Shown here: piece after piece, positions 11,431-25,945 of the stretch | How the letters are laid out: the number at the start of each line of letters is the position of its first letter | Position numbering within the stretch: the stretch's first letter is position 1 | DNA from: Balanoglossus misakiensis | Taxonomy: Eukaryota > Animalia > Hemichordata | Length of the DNA stretch: 64,000 bases | Direction: 5' to 3' | NCBI GenBank assembly: GCA_040954595.2 | Contig: CM082595.2 | Span: 3,767,943-3,831,942 of the forward strand | Made by a program: the position numbers and the translations under genes | Notes under the pieces: model-generated | Database searches by the model: none | What the model saw: the letters and a program-made list of their open reading frames with translations, nothing else | What the model was told of the DNA's origin: nothing

Positions 11431-12811
11431 AATGAAAATAATGTACATGTGAGTACAGGCGCTGACTGATTGGTACATGTGTACTTGTTACCAACAATCT
11501 TTTTCGACTACAGACTTGTAAGCTTGTATACAAAAAAAACTGTGACTTGGTTCCAGTACATTTGTGTTGGATGAGTGAGTTTTTACCACCCTATTCAGTG
11601 GCATCGATTGGTACTACTGAACAGAGTGCTGCTTATTCTAACCAAGAATGTCGTAGTAAATCACAGCAGAGCACATACATTTTTGTTTCACAGTAGTTGA
11701 AACGTAAAGTAATGTCTGACTTGAAGGTATTTTCTCCTACCTAAAGTTAACATGTTATGGTACAGGTACATGTATGTTTTGCTACCTAAATTAGTATATT
11801 ATATGTTGCCAAATTTAGGTGTGTCCGTATACCAGCTCAACTGAGCCATAAAATTATGTTGCTATGAACAGAAATATGTTGAAAAATATGTCGAAAGCTG
11901 GAGCATTAAATCTCCATAACTCAAGTGTGTAACACCTGTGGGCCTTTTCAGTGGTGCTGTACATAGGTTGTTTGTGTGCTTTGTGAATAGTAAGTTAAGC
12001 ATATCGTTTTATTGCATACCCACGATAACCCCATCAAACATTTGCAGAGCAGATTTGAATTGAACTGTGGAATAGCAACGCAAACAAAAAATAAAAACCT
12101 CCTCGTATCAGAAATCTTGCATTGGTTATGCCCTGACTTTGGTGTGATCTTATTGTTTTTTAATTTCTGTGGTTGTTTGGATACATTCATTTGAATGCAA
12201 GGAAGGGGTTCATTGATGATATCCAATTTGGAGAATGGTTGAAAAATTAAATGTCACAGTTGAAGTAAATTTGAGTGAAGCTCATGCATGTACATGTGAG
12301 ACTGTTTTGTTCAAACTCGGTTTAAATTCTTTTTAACGTAATGTATTTAGAAAGTCAATCATACTTGACTCAGTTAAAAGTAAATCGATATCTTTTCCTG
12401 TTCACTGGGCACTTCGGACAGGCCTTTCCACACTCTGTGCGTGAAATCTGAAATGCCAGAGATAAGTTAAACAGCGTGTGTTATTGTGCAAGTATTATGA
12501 CGCTGTGGACTATTAATTGGCATCTCATTGTTGTCGTGGTAACTCGGACTACCACTGTGAATCTCTGTAAGGGATACGAAATTTTTGAACGACTTCCACA
12601 ATTTGCAATTATAGTTGTATGTACTAAGTATTAAGATGAGAAAATATGACAGAATTGTTTTTCTCAAACACTCAGTGTGGCTGTAAATTAGGTAGATAAT
12701 TTATTGACTAAATGAGGTAATGAATTTTGAAATCAAGAAATCAAGGCAATTTTGCCAGGAGAGTAAAATAGTACATGTGGATAATTGTCATTATTCTGTA
12801 TTCTGGGTTAA

Positions 12812-12906
12812 TTTACCCATTTCACCACCATGGTTCAGTCCACACCTATTGTTATCTGTGGTAAGATTGGACCTCTAAAGAGGGAACTGGGGGATGAAAG
12901 GGTACA
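12812..12906 (-). mobile_element. piggyBac-type MITE, diverged copy (reverse orientation relative to 31925)
   Basis: CCCATTTCACCACCATGGTTCAGTCCA...TTGGACCTCTAAAGAGGGAACTGGGGGATGAAAGGG is the reverse complement of the 31925-32019 element; the TTAA sites are decayed. Confidence 0.7.
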
Positions 12907-12936
12907 GTTGAGTTGATCTATGTGGGTTATTATTAC

Positions 12937-12997
12937 TAATTTACTGAATGTAGAATGATGAATTGTTAATTTACTGAATGTAGAATGATGAATTGTT
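12937..12997. repeat. Tandem duplication, 2 x 30 bp
   Basis: TAATTTACTGAATGTAGAATGATGAATTGT repeated exactly at 12937 and 12967. Confidence 0.9.
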
Positions 12998-15592
12998 CCC
13001 AGATGATGGGATTGTTTACGGCAGATGATTATGAGAGTGAAAATAATCATTGAGGGGGGACATATCACTGTGTGGTTTCACTTACATGTGGTTTCTTATC
13101 ATTATGAAACTTGTTTGTTCGCCTGCACGCTGCCCATTCATTTGAACGTCCTTTCAAGGGACCGCGAATGGAGGTGTACAATTGGCACTGACAACACTGA
13201 ATCATAACCTAAATGGTTGTCTTGATTGTGTTTATGTAGCTGGCTGATGTAGCATATTGGTATCTAGATACAAAAAGGACATCGTGATGCCCGGGGTATG
13301 TCATTGACTGTTGTTGACAATTGTCACTGAGATATCACCGGCCCTGCAGGTCCTCATAAATTTGTGATGTTGCAGAATTTGTGGACTCGAATCTTGCGAT
13401 TGTCAAAGAACCCAATTGAACGTGAATGATGAATGAAATTCGAGATAATGAAGTCATTGTTTAAATCCAATATCTCCAGTTGTAAATTTCAAATCTCACA
13501 TTTTCAAGCTGTGACATTTCCATGGCGATGACTACCAATCTGCTCAAAGTGAACCACTTAAAGATTACAATGACAATTTACAGTGTTCAGTGGTAATTAA
13601 TTAAATACTTGTTCATCGGTACATTCCATAGTGACTGCACACTCGCTGTGTCAGTCATGTATCTCAACTTAACGCATACTTTGCAACATGTCTTTGTTTG
13701 CATCCAAGCAAAGTTTACAGGCAGTGAAAGGGTATCGGACACTGTCCACTGTCATAAAGACAGGTCCCGGTGAAAAGCTACAGGTACAATACTGTCAGCC
13801 TCATTCTTTTATTTGTAAGTAGGTGTCGGCCATAAACGTCCTTGTCTGCTCCAATTCCCCCCCCCCCCCAATGCTGAAGCCAATACACACTCATTAAGGT
13901 GGTCCTGCATTGTAAATTTGCAGAATAATTACCTCATTACAATGAAGAACCTTTGGGGCAACAGTAAGCTTGACTGATTTCAATGTCTCCTGGGCAATGT
14001 TGTTGTACCTGTGCTACTGTCCGTTTTACAGGTCGTAATCTTCCCGCCAAGACTACCTTAGCAACACTGTTGCCCCTTATGTACCAAGATACCACTGAAG
14101 CAAAACGATTCTGTTTGTTGCAATGCAAGAGGATTGTTCATACTCCTTGTAATGTAACGGCTATTAAAATTACTGTGCCTGAACTGAAATTTTCATTTTG
14201 AAAAAAAAAGAATCAGATATTGTACATTCTCCAATCTCTTGAATAGAATAACACAGAAATTCAGCACGCTATACTGGTAGAAGCTAAGAAAAAATCCTAA
14301 TTTTAAGTGGTACAGAAAAAGTATTAAAATACACTCAGTTGCTGGAGCTATACCAGTAATCCCTGCCTGTTTCCCTGGATAAATTTATTGAACCATAGCA
14401 CTGAATGGAATAAAGACAACAGAGATGGAACCATGACGTTTTTTAACACAACCCTGGTCTTACCCGCAGACAGAGAGCAATCAATAGCTTTGTATTGAGT
14501 GTATGATAATAGACACTGATTAAAGGTAATTTGGAGCTTGGGATTTATCTCCCGGTGTGAAATATTTAGTGACCCGACAAAAGGCCCTTTATCTGGGCAG
14601 CCTTGGGCCATTTGATGGTTTGGCAAAACAAGGCACCTGAATATAGAAACATCACGGTGAAAAAAAGAAGGGGGGAAAATGAAAGTCTGATGATATGTAC
14701 ATGTAGCAGTTACCGCACGATCACACTGAATTGATTCATTGACTGGTATGTGTCTGTTTGCTGGTTGTCATGGTTACAAGAATCTTGCAGGCCCTGGCCA
14801 ATCTGATATGTTTGGTTATTGGCTCTGCTGTTGGGCTTTAACTTATAACGCGAGTCTGCAGATAGACTGATGTTTTCAAGGTTGTTGATAGAGCATGAAA
14901 TATGTGTTATTTCAGCAGGTGTTATTAACAGGATGACTGCTCGCAGTCTTCAGATTATCTGCAAGTGGGTCTTGCTTGGTTGCTTGATCCTGGATAGTAG
15001 TAGTCTAGATTCCAGACGTGTGTGTTTATTGTGCCATGCTCCTTCAGTTATGCGTGTACGGTGTGGATGTGCTCTGAAAATTGGGTCATTGGTGGTTCAT
15101 AGCACGTGCTTTTGATGAATTATAAATGTAGAAACATGTGATTATCCCCGGAAATGGTGGAATGGCTGTGTTGTTGTGATACTTAAGTAAAACACGGTGA
15201 ATAATTCAGAAAGACTGTACAGTATTGGTGGAAAAACAGAAATTGTGTTGGACTGGTTACGTACTGTGTTCTCGCCTTAATCGCTTTTGTTGCCAGTGTA
15301 CATTCTATTCTTGTTTTATTACAGCTTCAGTAGGACTGTTGCTTTTCATGTAAATTTTGACATTTAGGTTTGTGTGGTGGTGTGTAGTGAATGTTAAACA
15401 GGGTGTTTGGTATTGTACAAATGATTTCTGTTGTGGCAGTCTAAACCACATAAAGGTGGAGTACATGTACATACTGATCTGGCTGTTTTCTGATCTGACT
15501 TAATTTGTAAAAATAATCTGCTTAAAATATCATTGCAAAATCTGAGGAACATAATCTGTTTTAGAAGCTAGTGCTTCTTTGAATATCTATTC

Positions 15593-15964
15593 AAAATCAG
15601 TCAATAATCCCCCCTCCCCTCAACATCAAATGATAGGTCCCTCACTTTGAATTGCCATAGATTCCTGGAAGGAAGATTTCCTTATCACAAAATCAGTCAA
15701 TAATCCCCCCTCTAATATCAAATGATCAGTCCCTTACTCGGAATTACCATAGATTCCTGGAAGGAAGATTTTCTTATCACAAAATCAGTCAATAATCCCC
15801 CCTCTAATATCAAATGATCAGTCCCTTACTCTGAATTACCATAGATTCCTGGAAGGAAGATTTTCTTATCACAAAATCAGTCAATAATCCCCCCTCTAAT
15901 ATCAACTGATCAGTCCCTTACTTTGAAGTACTATAGATTCCTGGAAGGAAGATTTTCTTATCAC
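15593..15964. repeat. Tandem repeat, 4 x ~92 bp
   Basis: Units start at 15593, 15689, 15781 and 15873 (AAAATCAGTCAATAATCCCCCC...ATTCCTGGAAGGAAGATTTTCTTATCAC); units 2-4 are nearly identical. Confidence 0.95.
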
Positions 15965-18900
15965 AGGTGATTGTGTGTTTACATAAGTAAATGACTCAAG
16001 GCTTAGGAATTACCGATTCCCATACGATTACCACTTAGAAGTCTGTCTTCTGGCAATGTTCGCAATGGAATTCAATTTCTTTCCAGGAAATCAGGATAGA
16101 AATATCATTTCCCAGTGCTTCCAGGCCAGATCTGGTTTTGGCAGAACTTGGAGAAGTTCCCTTATTTGCGGCTTTGTTTTAAAATTTCAATTAAATCCTA
16201 CTAACAACATCATTACAGACAAACAGAAAAAGGTCTTGCATGTAAAAGGGATAGGTGAAGTTAACATTTATTGGCTGTTCTGTCCCCAGATAGGAGGACT
16301 ACATGCTCATGAAAATATTTTCATCACACAAATATCTGTAATGACATCTGATGGTAGTTAGGCGACTGGTTTCTGTGGCGTAGCGCCGTGTCTACTAGAA
16401 AACCAATTTCCTCTTTAAGTGGAAAGATGACCGTGGGACCTGGCTTGTTCAAATAGAACATTATAACAGGATGTTACGCAGTTTTTCGCCTTTGTTGGCG
16501 GTATTGACATTGCCTCCAGTGGTTTTGTATTGGGCGTCACGACTCTCACTTGTGTGTGCAACGTATCTGTCATAGAACGATTGAGACTGATACTTGAGAT
16601 ATTTTCATTGGCTAATACTTTGCAGTGTTACGTGTAATCGTGGTGCTTTACATATTCCAAGAATAACTTATTATTGTAAAGAAAGAAATTTACAATGTTA
16701 TTATCCTACTGAGATAATTCCCGGCTAACTGCATCTTTTCCCTACTGTTTATCTTAACAAAATATTAATTTACTTCACACTCATTCAAATTTGTGTTAAA
16801 TTGAGTGAGATTACAAAATATCGTTCCCATAATGCATTGGAACTCGCCCCTTGCCGTACCGACTGGTGGATATCGTTTTAATATCTTAAGATGAAATTTG
16901 AGAGTAACATGATGGAGTATCCGGGGGTTGTCTGCTTTGTAGTTCTAAGTATTCAAGATTTCCAAGAAGTACTTGTTGCTATGTGCTAAGTGTATTCGTA
17001 ATGCACAGTTCACTGGAAATACCCAATCATATCAAACACTCCAATTTTTGTGGACAAAGAACAGCTTGTGCTACTCAAACCCATTCCATCCGATCTTACG
17101 TATTTCAGTTTAACTAACCGAGATATCAAAGAACCTTTTTTAATTCCATCATAACCCTGACCATCCTGATCACAAATAGTTTATTAACCTTCCTCAAGTC
17201 AACAACACAATAAAACCAGTCTGCGAATTTATTTTAATTTCACTTCTATTCTTTTGAAGTAACATTATAGCATCCATAAAAAGATTTCCTTGTTTGTGTA
17301 GGTTTGATTGTGATATTAAAATCTTCAATTAATGTATGATATTACATAAAATGCTTGATCAACCGGGTAGTATTAAATTTTATTTTGCAATTGACATTTG
17401 GACTGAACACTCACATATGTTGCTTGTGAAGATTTCCGTTGTTAGATCTATCAGTGTGTTGTTTCCGCCGGCCCTTAATAAAAGCCTTAATAAAATGTGA
17501 CCATTGTCATTTTGAATGTGATGTATCCTTGGAAAACGTTCTCTATGATTCATAAATTTGATCTCGTATCTGAACAGAAGCGTTGGACAGTTTGTTTAGC
17601 CTTCATTTCGAAGTTCGACAAAAGAATTTGATATTTCATCCTTTCAGGCTCTGAGACTGACCGCGTTGCTGTGCATAGCGACAACCAATATCGTGGCAAC
17701 TGCGTTTAGCATTGACATTATACAAGGTCACCTGATCTTTGACCAGCAAAGGTCAAGGGAAATGGATTTAACCTCATGATGTGGTATCTGAAACAGTGCT
17801 TATGTACAGCTTGGGAATATTAAGTCATATTAGTTGGACACTTGTAGATTTTTCTGCAAATTCCCAGATTTCAGCCATATTTTATCCATATTTCTTTCTA
17901 CATATTAATATTTGCAGGAGCTATAGAATAAATACATATGAAATAATTTCCTGTAAATTCTACGGAAGCTACGATATAATGAAATGCAACTTTCCACCTG
18001 TATGATAACAAACTACTAATCATCTGGCCTTTGTTTACTTGTCATTACTTATAAAGGAGAGTGACTTTGAAAGCAGGTTAAAAGGTGACTGAACGGGGTG
18101 ACCGAGGGGAAATTTAATTAATCGAAATACGACAGCCATGCTGAAAGACACGTACGGTGGAACATAAATCCTGCCATCTTTTGTATTTTATTCACCTTTT
18201 CACGTTCTTGTTGTCAGTCAACTTATCCATGTAGAGAGAACAGAATTCTGATGGTGCCTTTTTTTCTGAATCATTTGAAACCTGCGAAATGTTTACTGAG
18301 TTTGAGTGTGCTGTTAAATTTATGTCTGCGCGATCGGTTGTCAAAAGTGGTAGTGTGTGCAGACCGAACCATATTGTGTCAATAAATACAAAAGAATATG
18401 TCAAGGAACATATTGCGCGATGATGGATTTTGGTTTCATGGTGTTTTTTGATGAAAAAAGTTAATAACGCCTGCATATTGCAAGCCCATTGAATCAATTG
18501 TAAATACAGAGAAATGCACAGTAAACTTGGGAACGAAAAAAATAATTATTTTCCTCAGGACAGAAAAGCCAATTTTGGTTGGTTCCTTCATTGTGGGCTG
18601 TGGCAGGGTTTGATGATATCATGCTCAGGCTTGCTGTACAGATGATGAACATATTATACTTCAAGTATTTTTATTCTGTCAATTTGTCTTTTTGGAAAAT
18701 TGTAGTCATTTTAGTTCTGGTTGATTTCTCAGAGGGCTCAGTGTTCAGGGGGGGGGGGTGTTATTATCGCTCCTCCAGGGTGCAGACTGTTATTTCCAAG
18801 ATGGCATAAAAATGGAGTTCCACCCCGCAGTGCCTGTCAAACGAGGACAGAATCAGGATCTGTCAATCATCCTGTTCAGGTTGGCCTCTCCTGCTGCGAC

Positions 18901-21525
18901 CATGGTTTGCAGGAATGCACTGGCATAATCTGTGCTCTAAAAGTACATTTAAAATAGTGGTGATGTCGAGTGCAATCGTCGAATGGGACAAAAGATGAGG
19001 AGAGGTGGATTTTAGAATCATCCCGAGATGAGATTCTCGCTGTGTTATGCATATATACTTGATCAGCACTGATGCAGTTGAGATGCACTTGGGCTTATAT
19101 GTAGTTGAGTGCCCTATATGTATGATGGCAGGAATATTCTATGACCGTCTGATTTGTTTGCGAGAATAGCACACGCTTCTACCAGAGTAGTTACATCCGT
19201 GAGCTTCCTTTGAAACCGGCACTGTGGGTGGGCAGTATTGTTTGGGGCAGTCCGGTCTCGATGGAAAGGAAGACAGCTTAGGTTCACGTAGCGAACTGGT
19301 CAACTAAATGGCCTGCACCTCTGCTGGGAAAGGCAATGTAGGATGTACCATGCTTTGTGGTCAATCACAGTGGTTGACCTGACCGTTGATGGGATGGACG
19401 TGATCATAATGCTGTTTATTGTTTCTGTCAGCTTAGATTTGTCATCTCATATAATTCAATTTAACTGTTGGAATTTTTTTCAATGAGAACTACTCACAGG
19501 GGCTATAAAATTCTGTCCGGATAAAAACCGATATATATGCAACGGGCATGTTAGAATTAGTGTTAGGTGATAGTGATGGCTGTCCTGTTTTGCTAAGTGT
19601 TATTGTTATTCAAGTGCTAATTAGACCCAGTCTATTACCTTAATGATCTTATCTTGTGTGTTTATTACAGGTATGTTATTGAGACTGCTAATTACTCTGA
19701 AAGGCATGCTAAATACACCACCACACAAGCTTAATTATGCTAATGTTATTTCAAGGCGGGGAGTACCAGTATATTCTCCGCCCAAAGTCACAAGGGAAGC
19801 AACCTCTCATTAGGGCTGTGTGATGATACTCTGGGCTATTTTCAACTCTTGCGAAGGACATGAAAGTCAGGATTAGATCTCTGATGAATTTGCATCACTC
19901 CCACGTAAGGTTTCAGACTGCTAATTTCTCCTGATCAATTTTATTCTGTTTGCTACAAAGGTATGATAGCTCACAAAGGGCCTGGTATTGTCTTGGTATT
20001 TGCTTGGGAGGGGGATACACATATTAAACAAATACAAATATTACAGTCAGGTCAAAATTGATCATTCCAGGTATAATCGCCTCAGTTCCGGAATGATTTA
20101 TTCCTCATTTTCCATGAAGGATACTTTGCAAAACACACATCTGTTATCCTCTGCCGGGAGAACTTCGCTCCGGAGAGGAATTTGAATCTGTGTATCAATA
20201 CTAAATACCTAACTCTGATCATGTTTGTTTAGCAATCACCAGCCGTGAATGCTGGCCTGGCAAACAATCCTGACAAGCCGCATACGTCAGTGTATAATGG
20301 TATATATTTTCCCCGTTGCCCTATTAGGATCACTGCATTGCTTTCCAACCATGCACTGGTATTCAGTCTGTGGAATTTTGAATGTGTGTGTGCGTGGTGT
20401 GGAGTGATATTCACCAGTGATGGGCAATGTTCATTTGTTTTTAATTTGCTTTGAAAGAGTTCGGTCGAGATGGGATAATCTGAGGAACCCATGGTCATCA
20501 ATTTTGTGCATTTTTTGTGTAAAAACTGCGTGAGTGTTTGCAAGAATATTCTACCAGACAGTTTGTGGTCTGTTATAAAATTTGCATAGATCAGGCACAA
20601 ATTTGGAGATTGCCAAATTAGTTTAATTCACACACAAAAGATAGACTATGCCACAAGTATGATATATGAAACAGACATCAATCTTACTGGTATAAAATTA
20701 ATGGGAAGATATGTGTCGTATTTGTTTGAGACTGACGTTCTTCTGAAGGTTCTTTGACAGATTTATCAACGTGGCATTACCGTTTTGTGTAGCATTAAAG
20801 TGAGGTCATCTGTATTGGTTGTTAGGCATGTCGTCTTCTGGGGATACACTCGGTCGGGAGGTATAAATTCTCCTTTGCCATTCATTGCCAAATTATTGCA
20901 TCTTAGTGTAGAGTATGAAAGGCAGGTCAGGGCTCTCGAAGATGCACTAACACTCTTAAAGCCGTGCTCGTATTGAAGTCAAGTGTGTCGCAGAATCAAA
21001 CACTTGAGATGTGCTGATCTTAGTTGGCGAGTTAACGTCAAGAGGCATTCTTTACGTTTCGAGTTTTTTCACCGCTTTCAAATTTTCCCCCCTGTGCAAA
21101 TCTTCATCTGTAACAGTTTTATTTGTAGTCACAACCAAGATGTACTGTACTTGGTGTTTGTGAATTGCTGAGTTTTCACGTTCACATTTGTGGAGTCGCT
21201 CCACGTAGGATTTTTTCGTCTTTGACAACAACAAAAGCAAGCTCTGCTGGTGAGCAAGACGGGAACACGAGCACCAAGCAACATCAGAATGTTGCAGGTC
21301 ACGGCAATTTCGTGGTGTAAAGCTTAAGCCACTAGGGCTGACAATACATCAAACCCCCATCCTTTTCTCATTCAACATGTCCTTAATTCTAAATCAGCGA
21401 CAAAATCAGCCATTCTCCCCCTACTTTTCATGCACCACATATAGCACTTAACATTATACACTCCAAGGGCATTGTGGGTAATCATCAAGGTGCATTGTTG
21501 GAGTTTTGGAGTAAGTCATATTCTT

Positions 21526-21571
21526 CCATGGACAGCGGAGGGTATGCATAATTCCCCTCCGCTGTCTATGG
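21526..21571. repeat. Short inverted repeat (17-bp arms, 12-nt loop)
   Basis: CCATGGACAGCGGAGGG / CCCTCCGCTGTCTATGG, one mismatch (G-U compatible). Confidence 0.85.
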
Positions 21572-23275
21572 TTTTTGTGTGAATTTATATTTGCTGTCAT
21601 TTGCAGCTGATCGACCTCTGATCCCGAACTGCCATCATGGCTCAGGTTGAAACCCCGAACGACTATTACACAACCAAAACACTTGTAAACAAATCAAAAC
21701 ACTACTTAAATCGTATCCAACCACGTCGATGATTCGTGTCACCTGTTCATGTCATAAAGTCATCTGTCAGTCGCTCCATCAAATCTTAAATCTGAACTGT
21801 TGTTTGTTCAAAATGGACTTTGCGCCATCAGAACTCGTAAGTTTTGCCGAGTTCGTTGGTCGGAATCCATTTTATCTAGTTGCCATATCGAGTTTCAGTT
21901 TGATTAGGAAACTGAATTGCTCTGCACTGTGATTGTGTGGAACCTGTTTCCGTAGAAACTGATGACCCAGATCGCATTATTGGTCAAACTAGACGTAAAC
22001 ACACTTCAACATTATCAGGAATCGCGTGGTACTGTTTGTGGCAAGAGAGGCCAAACCGTGATGCCCACAAAAAATACGTTTCGTTATTTTCGTCCCTCTA
22101 GATGAAGTGGGGGTGGGGGTCACATAGATCGGGTTCTGTTTGTCCGTCGGTCATACCAAGTCTGCCTAGTATCAGCTACTTTCTATTGTTCTACTCCCCA
22201 TAGCATGCAAGAATCTTAGCAACTTAGCCTGTATATGTGAACCAACCATTGTAATAGCTGACAAATCAATTTAAATCTGAGCTTTAACTTTAATTTGCCA
22301 GGACAGAAAAGCTGGTCTGGCTAGGCTGCATATTGGCAAGCTATGCAGCGCTTTTCATCACGGTTTAGTGATAACAGCGAGATGAACAAGAAATTGCAGT
22401 TAATACACTGAATAAAGAAGGTGAAAAATAAACAAAAACTCGCAGCTAATGGAAGTTTAACTGGTTGAATACAGTGCAGTGACCGAGACATTGTACTCTA
22501 AATGAATGCATCGATACAGATTCCCATCACAGAGCAGGACAAAATGAAGCAATATACAGCCAGATCTAATGAACATGGACCCTTTTAAAGTACCCGATTG
22601 TTCCACTTAAGCTTGTACTCTGTGGAAGTTAATTATCTTTCCTGATGTGCTTGGAAACTTCCATTCAGAAACTGCCACACTCTATTTCCCCCAGAATGTG
22701 TTAAATTTTACCTTGCATTTGATCGTTAGGGGTGAACCATTGGTTGTTAGGGGGTGGTTGAGGAATTGTTATTCAGGGCCTTATGATAACATTTGCTTTC
22801 AATTGGTGGTATTTTGGAAGCAAAATACAATGTACACTTAAAAAATGTTCTATATTAAAATTCGCCATCTTTGGCCGTGCCTGGGAACTGTAATGTGTAA
22901 TAGCCCATATTGCTTCGCCTCATGTCGAGAACTCGTATTTTCCACAAATAGTGATTTTCAGCAAGTCACATGTAGCAGAGAAGCCACTGCACTCCTAGTT
23001 TCCTGGTGACGGAAGAATTTCTGGCATTGCGACTGACAAAACGAAGGAAAGAGGGGCTTACGCTTGAGTTACTTTATGTTGTTAGAAAAGGCAGAGTTTA
23101 AGTACGAAAAGCTGCGGCCTGAATTAATGATGTCAGGCAAACAAACAGACATGACAAGTATATCTCATGACTACAAGTGCAGGTACGTTCTGCGCCAGTT
23201 GGAAACAATCCATAATTTACATTTGCTGCTTTACGTGATATGATTTCACGTATGCATAAATTACAGAGCTGAGGT

Positions 23276-23450
23276 GGGTCAGCCCTGAGCTAACCCAAGG
23301 CTAGCCTGAGTTAGCAAATTTAGCACATATTCGACATAATTTACATTTGCGGCCTTGTGTGTTGTGAGTTCATATACACAAAAAATTACCGATCTGATAT
23401 TTCTAGCTAGGCTAACCAGAGGCCAGACTGAGTTAATAGCAAATTTAGCC
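23276..23450 (-). repeat. Dispersed repeat family copy (GCTAACCC/TTAGCAAATTTAGCAC), internally duplicated
   Basis: 23276-23326 is the approximate reverse complement of 35725-35775; a second sub-copy lies at about 23405-23450. Confidence 0.7.
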
Positions 23451-25779
23451 CTAATTACCAACCAATTTGATAGTGTGTCAATTTAAAAATAAATATGATT
23501 GTTATTTCATTTAATACACGGGTGTCATTGAATATATGTATAATTTTCTCGTACGCAGAATCAGAGCAGAGAGGCAATTATGGACAATTACATATCTACC
23601 AATAGGCAGTATAAGATTACATTCATGGAACAGAAATAACATAAAATCCGAAGACTAAGACTTGTGCATGTTACGATGTTCAAATAACCAAACTGCAATG
23701 TCCTTTAAAGCGAAATTGGGGATAACATCCTACAGGATGGTATATCAGGTATCAAAACACTCAAATATAACTTAATATGATGATATCAAATTGACACCCT
23801 AGTATGGAATAAAATTACTGCTGTGACAGAACCCCCTGGCTAAATGGAAATTGATGGAGTATCCCTTAATTATTCTGACCCCTTTGGCTTGTGAGAAAAG
23901 ATAATATGATGGGTACCCCCAGCACACTACATGAAAATACATTCAATGAGATATGACCCCTTAGTATGCAAATAATACGACTTCTGTGAACAGTGGGTAT
24001 TTTTTCTCTGTGAAGAGTAAGCGAAGTAAACTGATCAAAATACTGGGGGGAAAAAACTGCAATTGTGAAATATTCTTTTAAGGACAACCACGGGAGACAC
24101 ACATCATATTTTCAGGAAAAAAGTTCTCCAGGCTAGGCATTCATCTTCACTAACCAAGACTAGAGTGAAGTCACAAACTGCGAGAAATAGCCGAAAGCAG
24201 TGACGTGACTCTTAAATGAAAGATTAAAATGGTTGATTATCTGAAGCATTTTGTATCCCGCAGTGAATTATAACGTTAAAAGCTGAGTGTTTTCAAAGTC
24301 TACAGTTCAGACTGCTTTTCTGAGGTAATTCTTGACGTATGTTATTCCAACTTTTGAAAGGCAATATTTAAGTAATGTTGGATTCAAGCCACTTTATAAA
24401 ACAGCAAGATGTCTTTTACTGTATCAGTACTACCCCCTGTGTCACCAGTGAAACCGATTGCTGATGCAAGGACATACTAAGTTGATTTCCAGAAATCTTG
24501 TAGCTGTACATATCTCAGCACCAAGTAAACTTGCTTGCAAACATTAATGTTAATATTCTGCTTGTCAACACAATCTCTATATCACATAACAGCCATTATT
24601 AATAACTGAATTCCATTTTAGTATTGCTGACCATACACATATGTGCTTTCTGGATGGGTTAATACTTAGCATCCTATGACATTACTCAAAAGTACGAGCT
24701 ATTTGCATGTTCACGTGTATATGTAGCATTTTCGAAAAATAAGGGAACACAGCAACCTTTTCAAAACATTCAACACACAAACGGGAGCTTGGTGGCATAG
24801 ACACTATTAAGAAACCAGCGTGGGCTGAGGCACCTGTTAAATTGTACACCTTGAGATTCAATTAACTCATGGCATTTACATTTTAATGGATATCACAGTT
24901 TGCAATGTACTTCCCAGTTCATGGTTCGCGTCCAGTCACCGGACTCTGATGGCGTTACACAGGGGGGTGCCACTCATAATCTCTATGTTGAGTTGGTGAA
25001 TAAATATGAAATCTTCTAAATGGAGCCACGCAGTCTGCTGTGGAAGATTTTTACAAGTTAATTTATCGTCAGCGCCCGAAAAATGAGTGTTAGGCGCGTA
25101 TTTAGAACCGTAGGCACACTTCAGTTGTGTGTCAGTGTGATGGAAAATATTACCTCATTAGCGATAGCATGAACTAGTCTGTCTTTTATCCCCCATACAG
25201 AAGTCATTGTTAGGTTGGAGAATTTTATGGCTCCTAAAGAGATCATAAAATATCCAGAAAGGTCTCTATGGGTGAAGACTGATATTTGCTGGCTTTGAGT
25301 GTTGTTTATTTGTTCCAAATTTTTCTCCGGGCGTTTTACACTTACATGTTAAACATGATTGCAACATTGTGACAAATAATTGTTACATTGTCACAGAACA
25401 ACTGTAACACTGAAAGAAAATCACCAACAACACAAGGCAATAAAAAGTGCTATTGCCCTTGGAACTGAAGGGTACTATTTTGTGTTATTGACCTCGAACA
25501 GGTAGTTTGCATCTGATGTATCAAATTCAAGGTGACATAGTTTAATAGGCTAAGCTGGAACCATGCTGTTACAGTGTATCCTATCTCCCCTATTATGGCT
25601 GTTTTCAATAATCTGCCTAATGATCGTGTTATGAGCTATTAGAACTGTTGCTTTTGTAGGCCACCGTAATGCTGTCCCATTGCCAATGTTTCTGTTCTTG
25701 CCTGTCTATGACAGGGTTGTCTTTGCTTTCTGTGTTTGATTTTTACTTTGGAAGGAGAGATAAATACTGGTTCATGATA

Positions 25780-25945
25780 CAGTAAAACCTGTCTAAACTC
25801 ATAGACACCAAAGGGACTGAGAATATTGTTCAGTTTTCAAAGGTGTCCGGTTATAGAGGTTCTTTATGTGAAAGGGATTGGAAAATGTGTTTGGTATAGA
25901 CAGGTTTCCAGATTAGACAGGGTTCGGTTTAGACAGGTTTTACTG
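25780..25945 (+). mobile_element. Tc1/mariner (pogo/Tigger-type) MITE
   Basis: TIRs CAGTAAAACCTGTCTAAAC / GTTTAGACAGGTTTTACTG, TA on the left and CA on the right (decayed TA TSD), 166 bp, non-coding. Confidence 0.85.

Noticed and set aside
11027-11533. 168-aa minus-strand ORF with VTLLQT repeats
   Set aside because: The open frame and peptide repeats are a by-product of the 30-bp DNA array.
19755-19781. GC-rich hairpin GGCGGGGAGTA/TATTCTCCGCC as a Helitron end or terminator
   Set aside because: No CTRR terminus nearby, and intrinsic terminators are not relevant in a eukaryotic intron.
23076-23182. Cryptic exon ending CAG|GTACGT (MLLEKAEF... or MTTSA)
   Set aside because: The long frame ends in phase 2, incompatible with exon 2. 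The phase-1 frame is only 5 codons with upstream out-of-frame ATGs, and there is no promoter evidence.
24925-24945. B-box-like GGTTCGCGTCC suggesting a tRNA
   Set aside because: No cloverleaf or matching A-box; at most a SINE relic.
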